Positions 22,832 through 33,800 of a stretch of DNA of 64,000 nucleotides are shown piece by piece. The notes beneath the pieces were generated by a model that saw nothing but the letters and a program-made list of their open reading frames with translations, was not told where the DNA came from and made no database searches. Source of the stretch: a virus. The stretch is from the IMG/VR virus record IMGVR_UViG_3300046167_000417, positions 2,465 through 66,464 of that record; one strand, given 5' to 3'. Within the stretch, counting starts at the first letter, position 1. Each line of letters begins with the position of its first letter. The position numbers and the translations under genes are program-made.

Positions 22832-23106
22832 TATCTAGATCTACCTTCAGCAAAACCTTTAAAAGCTGTTTCTTCTTTAACTTTTTTAGGTTTTTCATTT
22901 AACAAATCTTCTTCTTCCTGTATTCTATTTAATATTTCAAAAGCATCAAATATAGCTAACTTTTTTGTAGCCGCTGCGTTTTTTAGTCTATCTGCTGATA
23001 TATCATCATCAGAATCAACAATAGCCTCTTTAGCTACTTTTATTAATTCCTCAACTGCTACTTGCCCAGCTTGGATTATATTCCTTTTGGTTTTGTTGAT
23101 CTCCAT
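22831..23106 (-). CDS. Putative terminase small subunit
   Basis: Small helical ORF translationally coupled to terL. Confidence 0.5.
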   Translation of the reverse strand: MEINKTKRNIIQAGQVAVEELIKVAKEAIVDSDDDISADRLKNAAATKKLAIFDAFEILNRIQEEEDLLNEKPKKVKEETAFKGFAEGRSR

Positions 23107-23656
23107 ACTTAATTACAATATCATTTGATTTCATACAATACAACCGCTCTTTATCTACAATGAAGTCATATTCACCATAGGGCGTGTAGCCTACAGTGTC
23201 ACCCTCGCTTATTCCTAGAGCTTCTAAGGAGCTATTACCTATTTTAAGTATACCAATAAGTTTTTGCTCTTTACTCACTTCTAAACCATCTTTATTAACT
23301 AGTGGTTTTATAAAACATCTATTGTTTATAGATTTCCATTTGTCTTTTTTCTTATAAAGATACACTTGATCTAGTGCACAAAAATATAAACCATCAATAA
23401 ATGACGATCTACTTTTTTTCTTAACACCTTTCATGTCGTAGAACGTGCGAAAAACATTGTGATGTATAACTATGAAGTCACCTTTATTTATAGGTGTTTT
23501 AAATGCTTTAGGAGTTTCTACAACCTCGGCTATGTTGTTAACGAATTTAAAACTTTCTATTTTAGTATTAAGTATTATTTTTTTATTACCTATTTCTATT
23601 TCGTTATCGTATTCGTTTCCAACCGGTCTAACTATAAAGTCGTATAAGCTTTTCAT
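23051..23656 (-). CDS. Tandem GroES-like protein
   Basis: Two halves with GroES-like patterns (FIVRP...AEVVETP...KGDFIV; FIKPL...GILKIG...EGDTVGY...LYCMKSNDIV). Confidence 0.55.
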   Translation of the reverse strand: MKSLYDFIVRPVGNEYDNEIEIGNKKIILNTKIESFKFVNNIAEVVETPKAFKTPINKGDFIVIHHNVFRTFYDMKGVKKKSRSSFIDGLYFCALDQVYLYKKKDKWKSINNRCFIKPLVNKDGLEVSKEQKLIGILKIGNSSLEALGISEGDTVGYTPYGEYDFIVDKERLYCMKSNDIVIKYGDQQNQKEYNPSWASSS

Positions 23657-23883
23657 TAGTATTCTAAATCGTACTCAACGGATATAGCCATGTTAGAGTT
23701 AAACTTTTTCCATGGCAATACCTCGTTGTTTTTCTTTATATGTATATTATAAGAATTATCTGAGTCTTCAAAAAGTATATGTGATATTTCATGACCACCA
23801 TAAACTTGTTGACCTACAGAGTAATGCATAGCATCATTTTTGTAGTCAGACCCAATACTAATCTTTCTAATATTATTTGTCAT
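23656..23883 (-). CDS. Hypothetical protein
   Basis: ATG at 23883 (MTNNIRKISIG) overlaps the upstream gene end. Confidence 0.65.
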   Translation of the reverse strand: MTNNIRKISIGSDYKNDAMHYSVGQQVYGGHEISHILFEDSDNSYNIHIKKNNEVLPWKKFNSNMAISVEYDLEY

Positions 23884-24136
23884 CTTTCTGCTCAATGTCT
23901 GTATAAGAACCATCTTTTAAGTCTATATTGACTTGACCATATTGATCTTCTAATTCTTTTTTTGTTTTATCTATTTCAGCAGTTATTTCTTTAATAGCAG
24001 CGTGCGTGTTTAATTTTTGCACGTCTAACAAACCTATGTGTCTTAACAGATCATTCATCTTAGTCTGTTGCTCAGTTACAGTTTTTAATTGCTCTTCTGT
24101 AATCTTGTTTACTTTCATTTCTTTTACTTTACTCAT
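23873..24136 (-). CDS. Hypothetical coiled-coil protein
   Basis: ORF, helical composition. Confidence 0.65.
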   Translation of the reverse strand: MSKVKEMKVNKITEEQLKTVTEQQTKMNDLLRHIGLLDVQKLNTHAAIKEITAEIDKTKKELEDQYGQVNIDLKDGSYTDIEQKDDK

Positions 24137-24144
24137 AATTTAAT

Positions 24145-24486
24145 TTAATTTAATTTAGTGAATTGTTGAAGCATACCATTTGCTTCTTTTGTTAGTATAT
24201 TATCTTCTAATCTGTACTCGGTAATAAATTTGACATTATTAATATTGTCTTCATACTCTGTTTGAACTAAACCGTTTTTTTCATATAAAAAACTTTCTTT
24301 AATGTTAAACTTGTCACCTAATTTAAAGTTCCAAAATTTTAAAGATTTAATAATTTTGTCGTGATACACAACTAAAACAGTTTCTTCGTTATTGATGTCT
24401 TGCCACACTCCAGCAAATTCTTTTCTATCTTGTGAATACATTAGAATAGAACAGAATAAACATAATGATAATATTAGTTTTTTCAT
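24145..24486 (-). CDS. Secreted hypothetical protein
   Basis: Signal-peptide-like MKKLILSLCLFCSILMYSQ. Confidence 0.6.
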   Translation of the reverse strand: MKKLILSLCLFCSILMYSQDRKEFAGVWQDINNEETVLVVYHDKIIKSLKFWNFKLGDKFNIKESFLYEKNGLVQTEYEDNINNVKFITEYRLEDNILTKEANGMLQQFTKLN

Positions 24487-24522
24487 TTTATTAGATTTTA
24501 TTTAATTTAATTAATACTCTTA

Positions 24523-24924
24523 CTATTTATTATTACTTATAGATTTGAATTTTTCCACGCCTCGTGATCCAAAGTAAGCTATATAAACAGTTGTAAGTAA
24601 CTGTTTTAATAATCCAATCCACTCTTGCTCTACAGTAAAAGATATTTCATGATGACTATCAACCCATATAAAAGCTATAGCCATAATAGATAAAAATATT
24701 AAAGCCATAGGTCGTGTGTTTTTAGAAAGCCATGAATCTGATTTCATATCGCTTTCCCAACGCCTTGTTATTTGACTCTCTGCCTCAGCATTAGCTTTAT
24801 CCATGATTTCTTGGATTTGCTTTTTAATTAGCAGCTTTTCTTCTTTTGTGGTTGTAAGCTTATCAATGACGTCACCAACTTCTTTGATGACGCCACCTGT
24901 AAGCCATTGAATTATTTTTTTCAA
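24523..24924 (-). CDS. Holin-like membrane protein (3TM/GTA-holin type)
   Basis: SWLSKNTRP, two hydrophobic helices, YFGSRGVEK. Confidence 0.65.
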   Translation of the reverse strand: MKKIIQWLTGGVIKEVGDVIDKLTTTKEEKLLIKKQIQEIMDKANAEAESQITRRWESDMKSDSWLSKNTRPMALIFLSIMAIAFIWVDSHHEISFTVEQEWIGLLKQLLTTVYIAYFGSRGVEKFKSISNNK

Positions 24925-24930
24925 AGTCTA

Positions 24931-25877
24931 TTATTGTTTATTTTGACCACCTCTATACATATTAGTAACCTCTTCTCTACTGAAAAGACCGCTATCACGT
25001 CTAGATTGTGCAGCTGCTCTACCTCCAGCTCTACCTGCGAAATTCTGTCCTTGTGGCGTTAATTGTCTATGTCTAGGCAATCTATCTAACGCTCTATTAG
25101 AAGCCCTAATAGAATCATTAGCGGCTTTAATATTAGCCTCGTCTCTATCAAAATTAAATCTCTGTGCTCTATTTTCATTTCCAATATTAGCTTGAAGAAG
25201 TGTCTCAGCCATCGAGTTTGGTGATGTAGTTGTATTAGAAGTAGTTGTACTTCTACCAGCATTAGTATTGTTAGATGAACTACTAGACGATGTTACATTC
25301 GCAGCATTAGCTGTAGCTGCATCCGCGTCTTTCTTTTTCAACTCTCTAACTCTAGCGTTAGCTCCTTGCTGTTTGCTCTGCAGTTGGCTTAAAATCAGGT
25401 CCTAAATCTTTCAAACCTGCTTGATAGTTAGCTAAATTATCTGTTGATTGCATAGAGCTAGAACTTCCGCCTCCAGTGGTGTTTGAGCTAGAAGAAGAAC
25501 TTCCACCACCGCTAGTATTTCTAGATGTTATTGTCATTGATGGGTGATCGTGACCTTCTGGTCCACCGTGTCCTGCGTCAGCTGCACCATGTTTCATATA
25601 TTTAGAAGCTCCAAATGTCATTATTTCCGCTACCTTAGCAGCGCCTTTTGCATAGCAGTTTGCTTTATTTGCTCCAAATGATTGTTTGTAACCCATTCTA
25701 GATGCTCCGTGTGGGTGATCGTGAGATCCTTTTCCAACACTGTAGTCAGCAGGCACCTTTTTTATGGTCCATACCTTTAGCTGCACCTTTTTGGTTTGCC
25801 GCTAACTCCTTTGCTGGAGCGCTTGATTTTTTAGCAGAATAACTTCCGCCATCTTGATTTGTTTTCATTTTTGCCAT
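24931..25877 (-). CDS. Low-complexity protein with GA[AS] repeats; split by two +1 frameshifts (near 25752 and 25365)
   Basis: ATG 25877 (MAKMKTNQDGG...). Removing one base at each site gives a single continuous reading frame. Confidence 0.55.
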
Positions 25878-25887
25878 TGTTGTTTTT

Positions 25888-26253
25888 TTAATTTTTTTGC
25901 TTTAATTTTCTTTCCGCGGCGTATGCGTCTTTTTCCCAAGGACCTTTACCGGCTTGCATTACTGAATAGTCGTACTCTTTTCCTTTAAACATTACTTTAC
26001 CAGCTCCTTTAGAATCAACCTCATAATCTAATCCAGTGCCTGGATTTTTTAATTCATCTTTGTATTGATCAACGTGAACTTGTTCATGAGCTAATGTTTT
26101 CTCTAATTCTACTGGATCTTTTAAGTCTTCATTTATAATGATAACCCCGTTTTTAGGTGTTCTAGCAAATACAGGATCTTCTCCCATATCTCTTTCGAAC
26201 ACAGATGTATTCATCTTGCTTAAATCAAACGGAGAATTAATTTTAAATGCCAT
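25888..26253 (-). CDS. Putative Zn metallopeptidase-like protein
   Basis: HEQVH (HExxH) with downstream WEKDAY; likely start ATG 26253. Confidence 0.6.
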   Translation of the reverse strand: MAFKINSPFDLSKMNTSVFERDMGEDPVFARTPKNGVIIINEDLKDPVELEKTLAHEQVHVDQYKDELKNPGTGLDYEVDSKGAGKVMFKGKEYDYSVMQAGKGPWEKDAYAAERKLKQKN

Positions 26254-26254
26254 G

Positions 26255-26410
26255 TTATCTTCTGTAAGGAAACTTTTCGTTAAACCATTCTTGTCTATTA
26301 TTACAACCACAGTTAATGTTAAGACCATCAGACACTCTGTCTACGATAGTCTTAACACCTGTTTTCTGTGTGAATTTAGCAATGCTGTCGCCAAGTCCTC
26401 TAGATTTCAT
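26255..26410 (-). CDS. Small hypothetical protein (51 aa)
   Basis: MKSRGLGDSIAKFT...CGCNNRQEWFN; fills the gap exactly. Confidence 0.65.
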   Translation of the reverse strand: MKSRGLGDSIAKFTQKTGVKTIVDRVSDGLNINCGCNNRQEWFNEKFPYRR

Positions 26411-26413
26411 CTA

Positions 26414-26878
26414 CTATAGAGTTGAATCAGAACTAAATACAGCGCTTGACCAGTACATTTGATTGCTAGATGGTAATCCAGCTCCGTCTTTACCTAACTG
26501 GCAAGAAGCAGCTACACCACCAGGGTTAGCTGTTAAAGCTTTTATAATAGATTGAGAAGGCATGTTAGCAGGTACAGTGATTGCAACTGGCTCATCAGCG
26601 TTAGCTGGAGTAGCAGCTCCAATAGGGCTTTTTGAAACTTGAAGAGTAAGTATTCTACCACCAATAGTATCTGCTGGTACAGCAGCTCCGTCAGCATGAC
26701 CAACTCCTAGTCCAACAATTCCTTTTAATGTTACTACTACACTGTAGTTTCCTGCTGCTACAACATCTCCTACGTTTTCAATGTCATCAACGTTTACTAA
26801 TACATCTCTAGAGTAATCTCCCCCAGCTGCTAAAGTAGCGTTGTTGTTTACGATTTTAAATTTTACAAATTTTGCCAT
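26414..26878 (-). CDS. Hypothetical virion protein
   Basis: Ala/Gly/Val-rich ORF in the structural arm. Confidence 0.55.
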   Translation of the reverse strand: MAKFVKFKIVNNNATLAAGGDYSRDVLVNVDDIENVGDVVAAGNYSVVVTLKGIVGLGVGHADGAAVPADTIGGRILTLQVSKSPIGAATPANADEPVAITVPANMPSQSIIKALTANPGGVAASCQLGKDGAGLPSSNQMYWSSAVFSSDSTL

Positions 26879-26880
26879 AA

Positions 26881-26920
26881 TTTTTGTTTTTGTTTTTGTT
26901 TTTGTTTTTGTTTTTGTTTT
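26881..26920. repeat. (TTTTTG)x6 microsatellite
   Basis: Six perfect units plus a partial unit, directly upstream of the ATG at 26878. Confidence 0.9.
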
Positions 26921-26949
26921 ATGTGATTTATCAGTTTACTCTGTTTGTT

Positions 26950-27186
26950 TTAATGATGTTTTTCATCATACTTAAGATCTCCAGCTAATTTTGAAATGTG
27001 TTTTTCATCAGCAGTCATATCTATATCACTGTGACCATGTTCATTATCATAATCAATATCTTCTTTTAGATATTTCATATGGTGTATATCATCAGCTCTT
27101 GTAGCCTTGTAGTTGTGTTGAGTCACTCTAGTATGTCTGTGATAGTTACCAGAGTATTGTCCTGTGTATCCTTTTTTTGTATCCAT
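26950..27186 (-). CDS. His/Asp-rich hypothetical protein
   Basis: ORF of 78 aa. Confidence 0.6.
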   Translation of the reverse strand: MDTKKGYTGQYSGNYHRHTRVTQHNYKATRADDIHHMKYLKEDIDYDNEHGHSDIDMTADEKHISKLAGDLKYDEKHH

Positions 27187-27189
27187 ATC

Positions 27190-27546
27190 TTATCTACCTA
27201 CTATAAAGTCACTTACTGTTATACCTGTTCCTGCAACTGCTGTTACATAATCTACAGCCACGGGAAGTATAGTTCCTGATTGTAAACCTTCAAATGTTAT
27301 AGCTTGAGACGGTACTGGTGCACCTCCTGTTGCTGATACCACTCCTGGTAAAATTACAGTTATTTTTGCATCACCAGCTGTACCCATGTCTCCACAGTAT
27401 ATAACAGATGAGTTTAAGTTAGTACCTAATACGCCTGATTGATTTTGAAACTCCCAAGCTGGTCTAACATCTATACTTGCAATCATTGCACCTGTCAATG
27501 GCATTGCTTTGCTTATTACAGCGTCTTGTGTTCTAAATAGTCCCAT
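27190..27546 (-). CDS. Hypothetical virion protein
   Basis: C-terminal GTILPVAVDYV motif. Confidence 0.6.
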   Translation of the reverse strand: MGLFRTQDAVISKAMPLTGAMIASIDVRPAWEFQNQSGVLGTNLNSSVIYCGDMGTAGDAKITVILPGVVSATGGAPVPSQAITFEGLQSGTILPVAVDYVTAVAGTGITVSDFIVGR

Positions 27547-27556
27547 TTATTTTTTT

Positions 27557-27775
27557 TTAATATTGTTTTCCTTGAGCACACAAAACAGCATTTAAACCTT
27601 TATAAGGCACAGCTGCTTTTGATATTTGCATACCTGTTATTCCTGAGCTAGAGCCCATTCCGTGTACTCTACCTTCTTGATCTAATGGTCCGTCCCATAT
27701 AGCGCTTTCACCTACTACGCCGTGAGCGTTTTTAGATGCCATAGTTTCATTGTAATTTGGATCTGTTTTATGCAT
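27557..27775 (-). CDS. Hypothetical protein
   Basis: ORF, tightly packed with neighbours. Confidence 0.6.
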   Translation of the reverse strand: MHKTDPNYNETMASKNAHGVVGESAIWDGPLDQEGRVHGMGSSSGITGMQISKAAVPYKGLNAVLCAQGKQY

Positions 27776-27787
27776 AATTTTTTTTAT

Positions 27788-28186
27788 TTACATGTTAATC
27801 ATAGGGACGTTCATAGACTGCTCTAGCATTTGTTGCTGAGGTTGAAATGTTCCTGTTATCTGTTCGTTTGGTAAACCAAAAGCTTTTTCACTTATAGGGC
27901 TATTTTGCATTTGCGATACACCCATCATACTTGGATTAGAAGCAGCTAAAGAACCTTGATCAGAAATATCAGCAGCCATAGCTGAAGCTGGATCTGCAGG
28001 GGGAGTTGAACCCACTGCTGATTGTTGCGCTGATTCTAAAGCACTAACTCTTGACGTTAAGTCTTGAATGTTATTATTACTAGTATTTTGACCAGTTGCT
28101 GATTGTGATTGTCTAGCTGCAAGTTTAGATGCTAAACCGCCTAGTAGCCCACCAGCAGATCTTCCGAAGTTCATGAATGGAATCAT
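27788..28186 (-). CDS. Hypothetical Gln/Ser-rich protein
   Basis: ORF overlapping the upstream stop. Confidence 0.55.
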   Translation of the reverse strand: MIPFMNFGRSAGGLLGGLASKLAARQSQSATGQNTSNNNIQDLTSRVSALESAQQSAVGSTPPADPASAMAADISDQGSLAASNPSMMGVSQMQNSPISEKAFGLPNEQITGTFQPQQQMLEQSMNVPMINM

Positions 28187-28626
28187 AGTGTATCTTTGTT
28201 TACGTTTTTTATGGATTTAGTCAAAACCTTATCCATGTAAGATTTACCGTTAATTATTTTGTTTCTTCTAGAGCTAGTAGGTATTTTTTCATCTCCTAGC
28301 ATTATCTTGTAAATTCTATTTATTAATTGCTTACCTTTAAAAGAAACTTTATATATATTATAAGTCTGTGTTGTTCTGTTTCTTTTTCTCCAAACAGTTA
28401 TCCAGTTTTCTTTTATCAATCTAGACCAACGTCTATTATCCCAACTATAAGAATATACACCTGCTTCAAAATCTTTTTTCGTAAAAAGATCTACGCAGTC
28501 AAGATATATTAATAACTCCAAATCAGACTCACGTAAGCTGTTGTTTTTACAAGCCCATTTGCGTATTATACGGTAATGTTTTAGCAAGTTTAAATCTTTT
28601 AAACTACTTGCGTCTAGCTTTTTCAT
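28183..28626 (-). CDS. Winged-helix (MarR-like) DNA-binding protein
   Basis: LELLIYL...LIKENWI...YKVSFKGKQLI pattern. Confidence 0.5.
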   Translation of the reverse strand: MKKLDASSLKDLNLLKHYRIIRKWACKNNSLRESDLELLIYLDCVDLFTKKDFEAGVYSYSWDNRRWSRLIKENWITVWRKRNRTTQTYNIYKVSFKGKQLINRIYKIMLGDEKIPTSSRRNKIINGKSYMDKVLTKSIKNVNKDTL

Positions 28627-28883
28627 AAAACAACAACCACATCTTGTGTCTTAATTACGTGGTATGATCTATCGTTAATTTCTATCTTGTGTCCAGCATG
28701 TCTATCGTAGTATATAACGTCATCTTTTTGTAATCCAACAACTTCGTCTCCTATCTCAACTACGTTTGCTCTAATGTACCTTATATCGTCTCTATGTAAA
28801 CCTGCTAAAAGTAAACCACCTTTTGTTTCAGTAGTTCCTTCTTTTATTTTTTCTATTATTAAATTTCTACCTACTGCCTTCAT
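28623..28883 (-). CDS. groES: Co-chaperonin GroES
   Basis: TKGGLLL mobile loop, VVEIGDEV, adjacent to groEL. Confidence 0.85.
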   Translation of the reverse strand: MKAVGRNLIIEKIKEGTTETKGGLLLAGLHRDDIRYIRANVVEIGDEVVGLQKDDVIYYDRHAGHKIEINDRSYHVIKTQDVVVVL

Positions 28884-30438
28884 CTATTCTCATGTTATTG
28901 ATTACACAATCGGTAGATAGTATTGTTGATGCTACGGAAGCTGCATTAATTAAGGCACTTTTAGTAACCAATAAAGGATCTATAATACCAAACTTAACCA
29001 TATTAACCATTTTTCCTGTAACTACATCTAGCCCTTTGCCTTTAGAAGATTCTAATTGCTTTTTTTGTTCAGATGTTAAAACCACACCAGCATTTGCTAG
29101 TAGTGTTGAGAAAGGCGCTGTTATTGCTTTAAGTAATATTTCTTCGCCAATACTTTTTGGTTTTAAAACATTAGAAGCGTTTAACAAAGCAATACCTCCT
29201 CCTGGTACAATACCTTCTTTAATGGCAGCTTTTGTAGCACAAATAGCGTCTTCAACTCTATCGCTTTTTTCTTTTAATTCAATGTCAGAATTAGCGCCTA
29301 TTTTAACTACAGCTACTTTCGCGCTTAGTCTAGCTAATCTTAATTCTAACCCAACTTGAATATGAGGTTTGTTTTTCTTTTTTAAATCTTCTTTTATAGT
29401 TGCTATAATGTCTTCAACTTCTTCAGAAACATCATTTACTTGTATTATCGTTTGATCTTGCGTAGATGTTGATTTTTCGCAAACACCTAAATAATCAACA
29501 TGTATAGAACTTAAGTCATCTCCTAAATCTTCATTTATGACAGTAGCCCCTGTAAGTAAAGATAAATCTCCAAATATTTCTTTTCTTCTTAATCCAAAAG
29601 CTGGAGGCTCAATAACATTTATTTTAATATTACCTTTCTTTTTGTTCATCACTAAAGCTGATAGCACTCCTGCTTCTATTTCGCCAATAATTAGTAATGA
29701 TCTGTTGTTCTTTATAACATATTCTAGTACTGGTTGTATTTGCCTTATTGAATCTACTTTTGAATCCATTAAAAGAACTAAAGCGTTTTCTAATTCAGAA
29801 ACGTTTTTCTCTTTATTTGTTATAAACTCAGCGTGTGAAAATCCTTTATTATATTCTACACCTTCTACTATTTCAACCTTAGTCACACCACCGTCTGACG
29901 GCTCCATTGTGACCACACCTGTTTCGCCTACAGCTCTAAAAGCATCAGCTATTAGTTTACCCAACTCTTTATCGTTGTTTGTTGATATAGTAGCTATATC
30001 GTCTATCATATCACCTTTAACAGCTATAGAAATAGACTTTAAATAATCTACAACTTTCTCAACTCCAGATGATATACCATCTTTCATTTCTCTAAAGCTT
30101 TTATCAGAACCTAATTCTAAATAAGCTGTTTTCATTATAGAGTGGGCTAAAACTGTAGCTGTAGTTGTTCCGTCTCCAGCTTCTTTAACCGTTTTACGCG
30201 CTGCTTCTTTTAAAAGCGTAGCACCCATGTTTTCAACAGGATCTCTTAATATAACTGAATTAGCAACAGTTACACCATCTTTAGTTATTATAGGGTTACC
30301 AGAGTTGTCCTCCATGATAACACATTTGCCGCTAGCCCCTAACGTGGAGCTAACAGCTTTTGTGAGTTGTTCTATTCCTTTAAATACCTTGTTTTTAGCT
30401 TGTTTTCCAAAACTAAGGTTTTTGACGATTCCGTCCAT
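28867..30438 (-). CDS. groEL: Chaperonin GroEL
   Basis: TKDGVTVA, GDGTTTATVLA, GIVPGGG, GIIDP motifs. Confidence 0.95.
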   Translation of the reverse strand: MDGIVKNLSFGKQAKNKVFKGIEQLTKAVSSTLGASGKCVIMEDNSGNPIITKDGVTVANSVILRDPVENMGATLLKEAARKTVKEAGDGTTTATVLAHSIMKTAYLELGSDKSFREMKDGISSGVEKVVDYLKSISIAVKGDMIDDIATISTNNDKELGKLIADAFRAVGETGVVTMEPSDGGVTKVEIVEGVEYNKGFSHAEFITNKEKNVSELENALVLLMDSKVDSIRQIQPVLEYVIKNNRSLLIIGEIEAGVLSALVMNKKKGNIKINVIEPPAFGLRRKEIFGDLSLLTGATVINEDLGDDLSSIHVDYLGVCEKSTSTQDQTIIQVNDVSEEVEDIIATIKEDLKKKNKPHIQVGLELRLARLSAKVAVVKIGANSDIELKEKSDRVEDAICATKAAIKEGIVPGGGIALLNASNVLKPKSIGEEILLKAITAPFSTLLANAGVVLTSEQKKQLESSKGKGLDVVTGKMVNMVKFGIIDPLLVTKSALINAASVASTILSTDCVINNMRIDEGSR

Positions 30439-30466
30439 AATTTGATTAGATTAAATTTTATTTATT

Positions 30467-30790
30467 TTACTTAAAGGTCTTAACGACTTGTGGTCCGCGA
30501 ATATAAGAAAGTTTTTTCTCATAGTGGTTAATTGAAGCATCTATAGCTTGCTCAGCTCCTTCAATTGTTTCGCGTCTCGTTACGTCTATCCATTTTTCGC
30601 AGCAGATATCCTTTTCTGGATTACACTCGCAGTCTGGATCTTTGTATTCGGTTTGATAAAAACCGTTTGGTAATTGCACAATTCTCCAATTAGATTTTTT
30701 GGCAACATGCTTCCAAAGGTCTAAGGTTTGTTGTGTTGGTTGTGATTGTGGTTGACTACTCCACGTATTAGTCGAATAAAATAGTGTCAT
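30467..30790 (-). CDS. Hypothetical protein
   Basis: ORF of 107 aa. Confidence 0.65.
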   Translation of the reverse strand: MTLFYSTNTWSSQPQSQPTQQTLDLWKHVAKKSNWRIVQLPNGFYQTEYKDPDCECNPEKDICCEKWIDVTRRETIEGAEQAIDASINHYEKKLSYIRGPQVVKTFK

Positions 30791-30871
30791 TGGTTTTGGT
30801 TTTAAATTGACATTGGTTATCGCTCTTCCCGAGCAGGGTATAAATATATTATTACAAGTTTTTACTATTTT

Positions 30872-33800
30872 TTACTTTTTTTGTTCTAAGGTGTCAAGTC
30901 TGGTTTCTAATGACTCAATTTTAGCTAAAGCTTCTTGTAAAGCGCTTGTTAATAAAGGTACTAATTTTGATTGATCAATTGATTGGTATTCAGGATCTCC
31001 CTTGTAATCTAATTCATCTTTTTGACCTGTAACGGCTTCTGGAACAACACCTGAAGCTTCGTGGGCTAAAAAACCATCTACTTTTCTTTTAACGCCTTTT
31101 TTATCCTTTATTTCTTCTTCAATAAAGTTAAACCTGCAGGGTTTTAAAGCCTTTATTCTTTCTATAGAACCTGACATTGGCTCTATATTTTCTTTTAATC
31201 TATAATCAGATGAAGTATTATAACTAGTAGACGAACTTCCACTTTGACTAATAGTACCTACAGACGATCCAGAGCTACTATAAAATCTCATGAAGGTAGA
31301 TCCAACATTAGGATTTTTAACAGATATACCAGCATTACCGTACCTTGGCCCGTTAACAAAAATACCATGCGCACCGTAAGGAGCACCTGATGTAGAGTTG
31401 TATATTTGAAGACCTATTCCACCTGAATTTGAAGTTGGACCTTGGATTTGCACTGCTCCACTATTGAATGTAGATCCACTGTAGTTTACACCTAAAACAT
31501 TATTAGTTGAATTCCAATATAAAGTATCAGAACCTATTGAGTTTGTAAATCCACTACCAGTCCAGACAGCTACTCTTCCACTTGTTCCTGGCGCACCTTT
31601 GACTATTCCATTATTCTCAATAAACTTAGCAGGTGTTTGTTGTCTTTGTACTTGAGGTGTTGAACTCGAGGCAGAAGTGTAAACAGGTATGTATGTAGCA
31701 GTGCTATTAGTAATAAAATTATCAACTACGTTTCTCAGGGTATTAACTGTTATTTCTCCATAAATATTTTCTTCAATATTCCGTAAAGTTAACCCATTAC
31801 CACCAACACCCATTTCCATATCACCACTTGTAGCTTGGATGTAATTCCATTGATCACCATCATCATCAAATATAATTTTATTGTCTTCCTCTAAATTTAT
31901 TGGCCCACTATTAAATGTGTTTCCATTTCCAGAAATAGTACCATTTGATTGTACTGAAAATCGAGTAGAACCTCCATCTTTTATCCTAAAATTATCTCCA
32001 AAATATATATTAGTATCAGAACTCGCTGATAAAGCTGCATTTGAAATTTCAACATTATTACTGTTATCTAAGGTAATTAATGTTCTTGCAGCTCCACTTG
32101 TATCTGTTCCTAAATAATCACCATTGTTTGGTATTATATAATTACCTGAAGACAATCTATTAGTTCCAACAGCAAATGTTAAATCTTGGTCAGATGTTAA
32201 AGATGAACCACCACTCCAGAAAGCTATACGTGTACTTAATCCAGATCCACTTACATTTCCTGTGGGTACTGCATCTACATACGCTTTAGTAGCAGCATCA
32301 GTTGATACGGTAGGCGTAGATAAATTCGTTATTTTATTTGAGTTTAAATTTATATTTGCCTCTGCAGCTCCAAAATCATCTAAGTGTATATCGCTTACTC
32401 GTATTTTATTAACTGGACCGGCTGCAAGTCCAGGATTGCTTTCCGCAGCTAATACATAAGCAGCATAACCGCTTGATGCTCCATTAATAGAATTAACAGC
32501 TGTGGCAGCGTGTATTAAATTATCTGAATCACCAGAATCGTAATTTGCAGAAATAGTAACACTTGAAGCTGTACCTGATTTTTTTATACCGTCTCCTTCA
32601 TTGATAGTTTGCACTCCACTAGTGTGAGCATCTACATAGGCTTTATTAGCAGCATCAGTACTTGCTGACACTGTATCTACTCCTTGTATTCTACCGGTAC
32701 CACTTAATGTAATATCTCCACCACTAATTGTTAAATCACCTCCAATTGTTGCTGCACCAGTTGCTTGGAAAAAAGTTCCAGATGTGCCACTTGCTCCGTT
32801 TCCAATTACAAGAGAGCTTCCAGTATCAGTTCCTGTGTAATAGTTTACATATGTTGAATGGCCATCATCAGAGTCAATATGTAAATTACCGTTTGTTGTT
32901 TTTATAACTGAAGCACCATTGTTAGCTGTAGTTCCGTATAATAATAGTCTTGCTGTTGTAGTCCCAGCTTGAGTACCTATAGCAAGATCGTTGCCAGAAA
33001 TACTTAAATTTTCATTTGAATCAATAGCTGTTGTTCCGTTCCATAAAGCTAATCTATTATTGCTACCAGTACCAGTTACAGTTCCTTGTGGTACGTTAAA
33101 TGATGTGCTTAAACTATTACCATCTTGTCTACCTATTGTTAACGTCACGGTAGACGTACCTGAATCACTAAATGAAGTAATACTTCTATCATAAGCTAAA
33201 TTAGATTCAGTTGAACTACCACCTGACCAGGTCATGCTCCCACCAACAGCTAAATTATTGCCATCATAAGTAAAATTACTATTACTACTTAGTGTATTTG
33301 TACCGTTCCAAAATGTTACTCTTCCAGAAACACCAACACCTGTTAGTGCAGAAGTATTATCAATTTTTTCCCATTTATCAGTTGCGCCAGCTTCTACAAA
33401 CACAGCCCAATCACCAACTTGCCAATCAGTTTCGCCATCTAAGTTTGTGCTACCAGCAACAGATACATTGTAATAAAAACCAGGTGTACCAGATCCACTT
33501 GTAAGTGTTGGTGAGTTTGTACTTGCGTTCCAGTTACCTTGAAAATTTAAACCAGAAGGTATTGTAGCTATTTGCGAATCAACATAAGCCTTGTTTGCCG
33601 CATCAGTACTTGCAGATACGGTATCTACACCTTGGATTCTACCAGTACCATTTAAAACTATTTGACCATTGCTGACAGTTACAGTACTTGAGAAAGTAGC
33701 TGCAGTTGCTGTCAACCCTTGGATTTCCATATTTTTATTAACCTCTATATGCTCACCTCCATTAGTGGTGATAAATCTCATATATAAATCAGAACCTTGC

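Noticed and set aside
28892-30445. Plus-strand ORFs antisense to groEL, and similar shadow ORFs over terL, tail fibres, primase and nrdA
   Set aside because: They overlap well-supported genes and have no recognisable motifs
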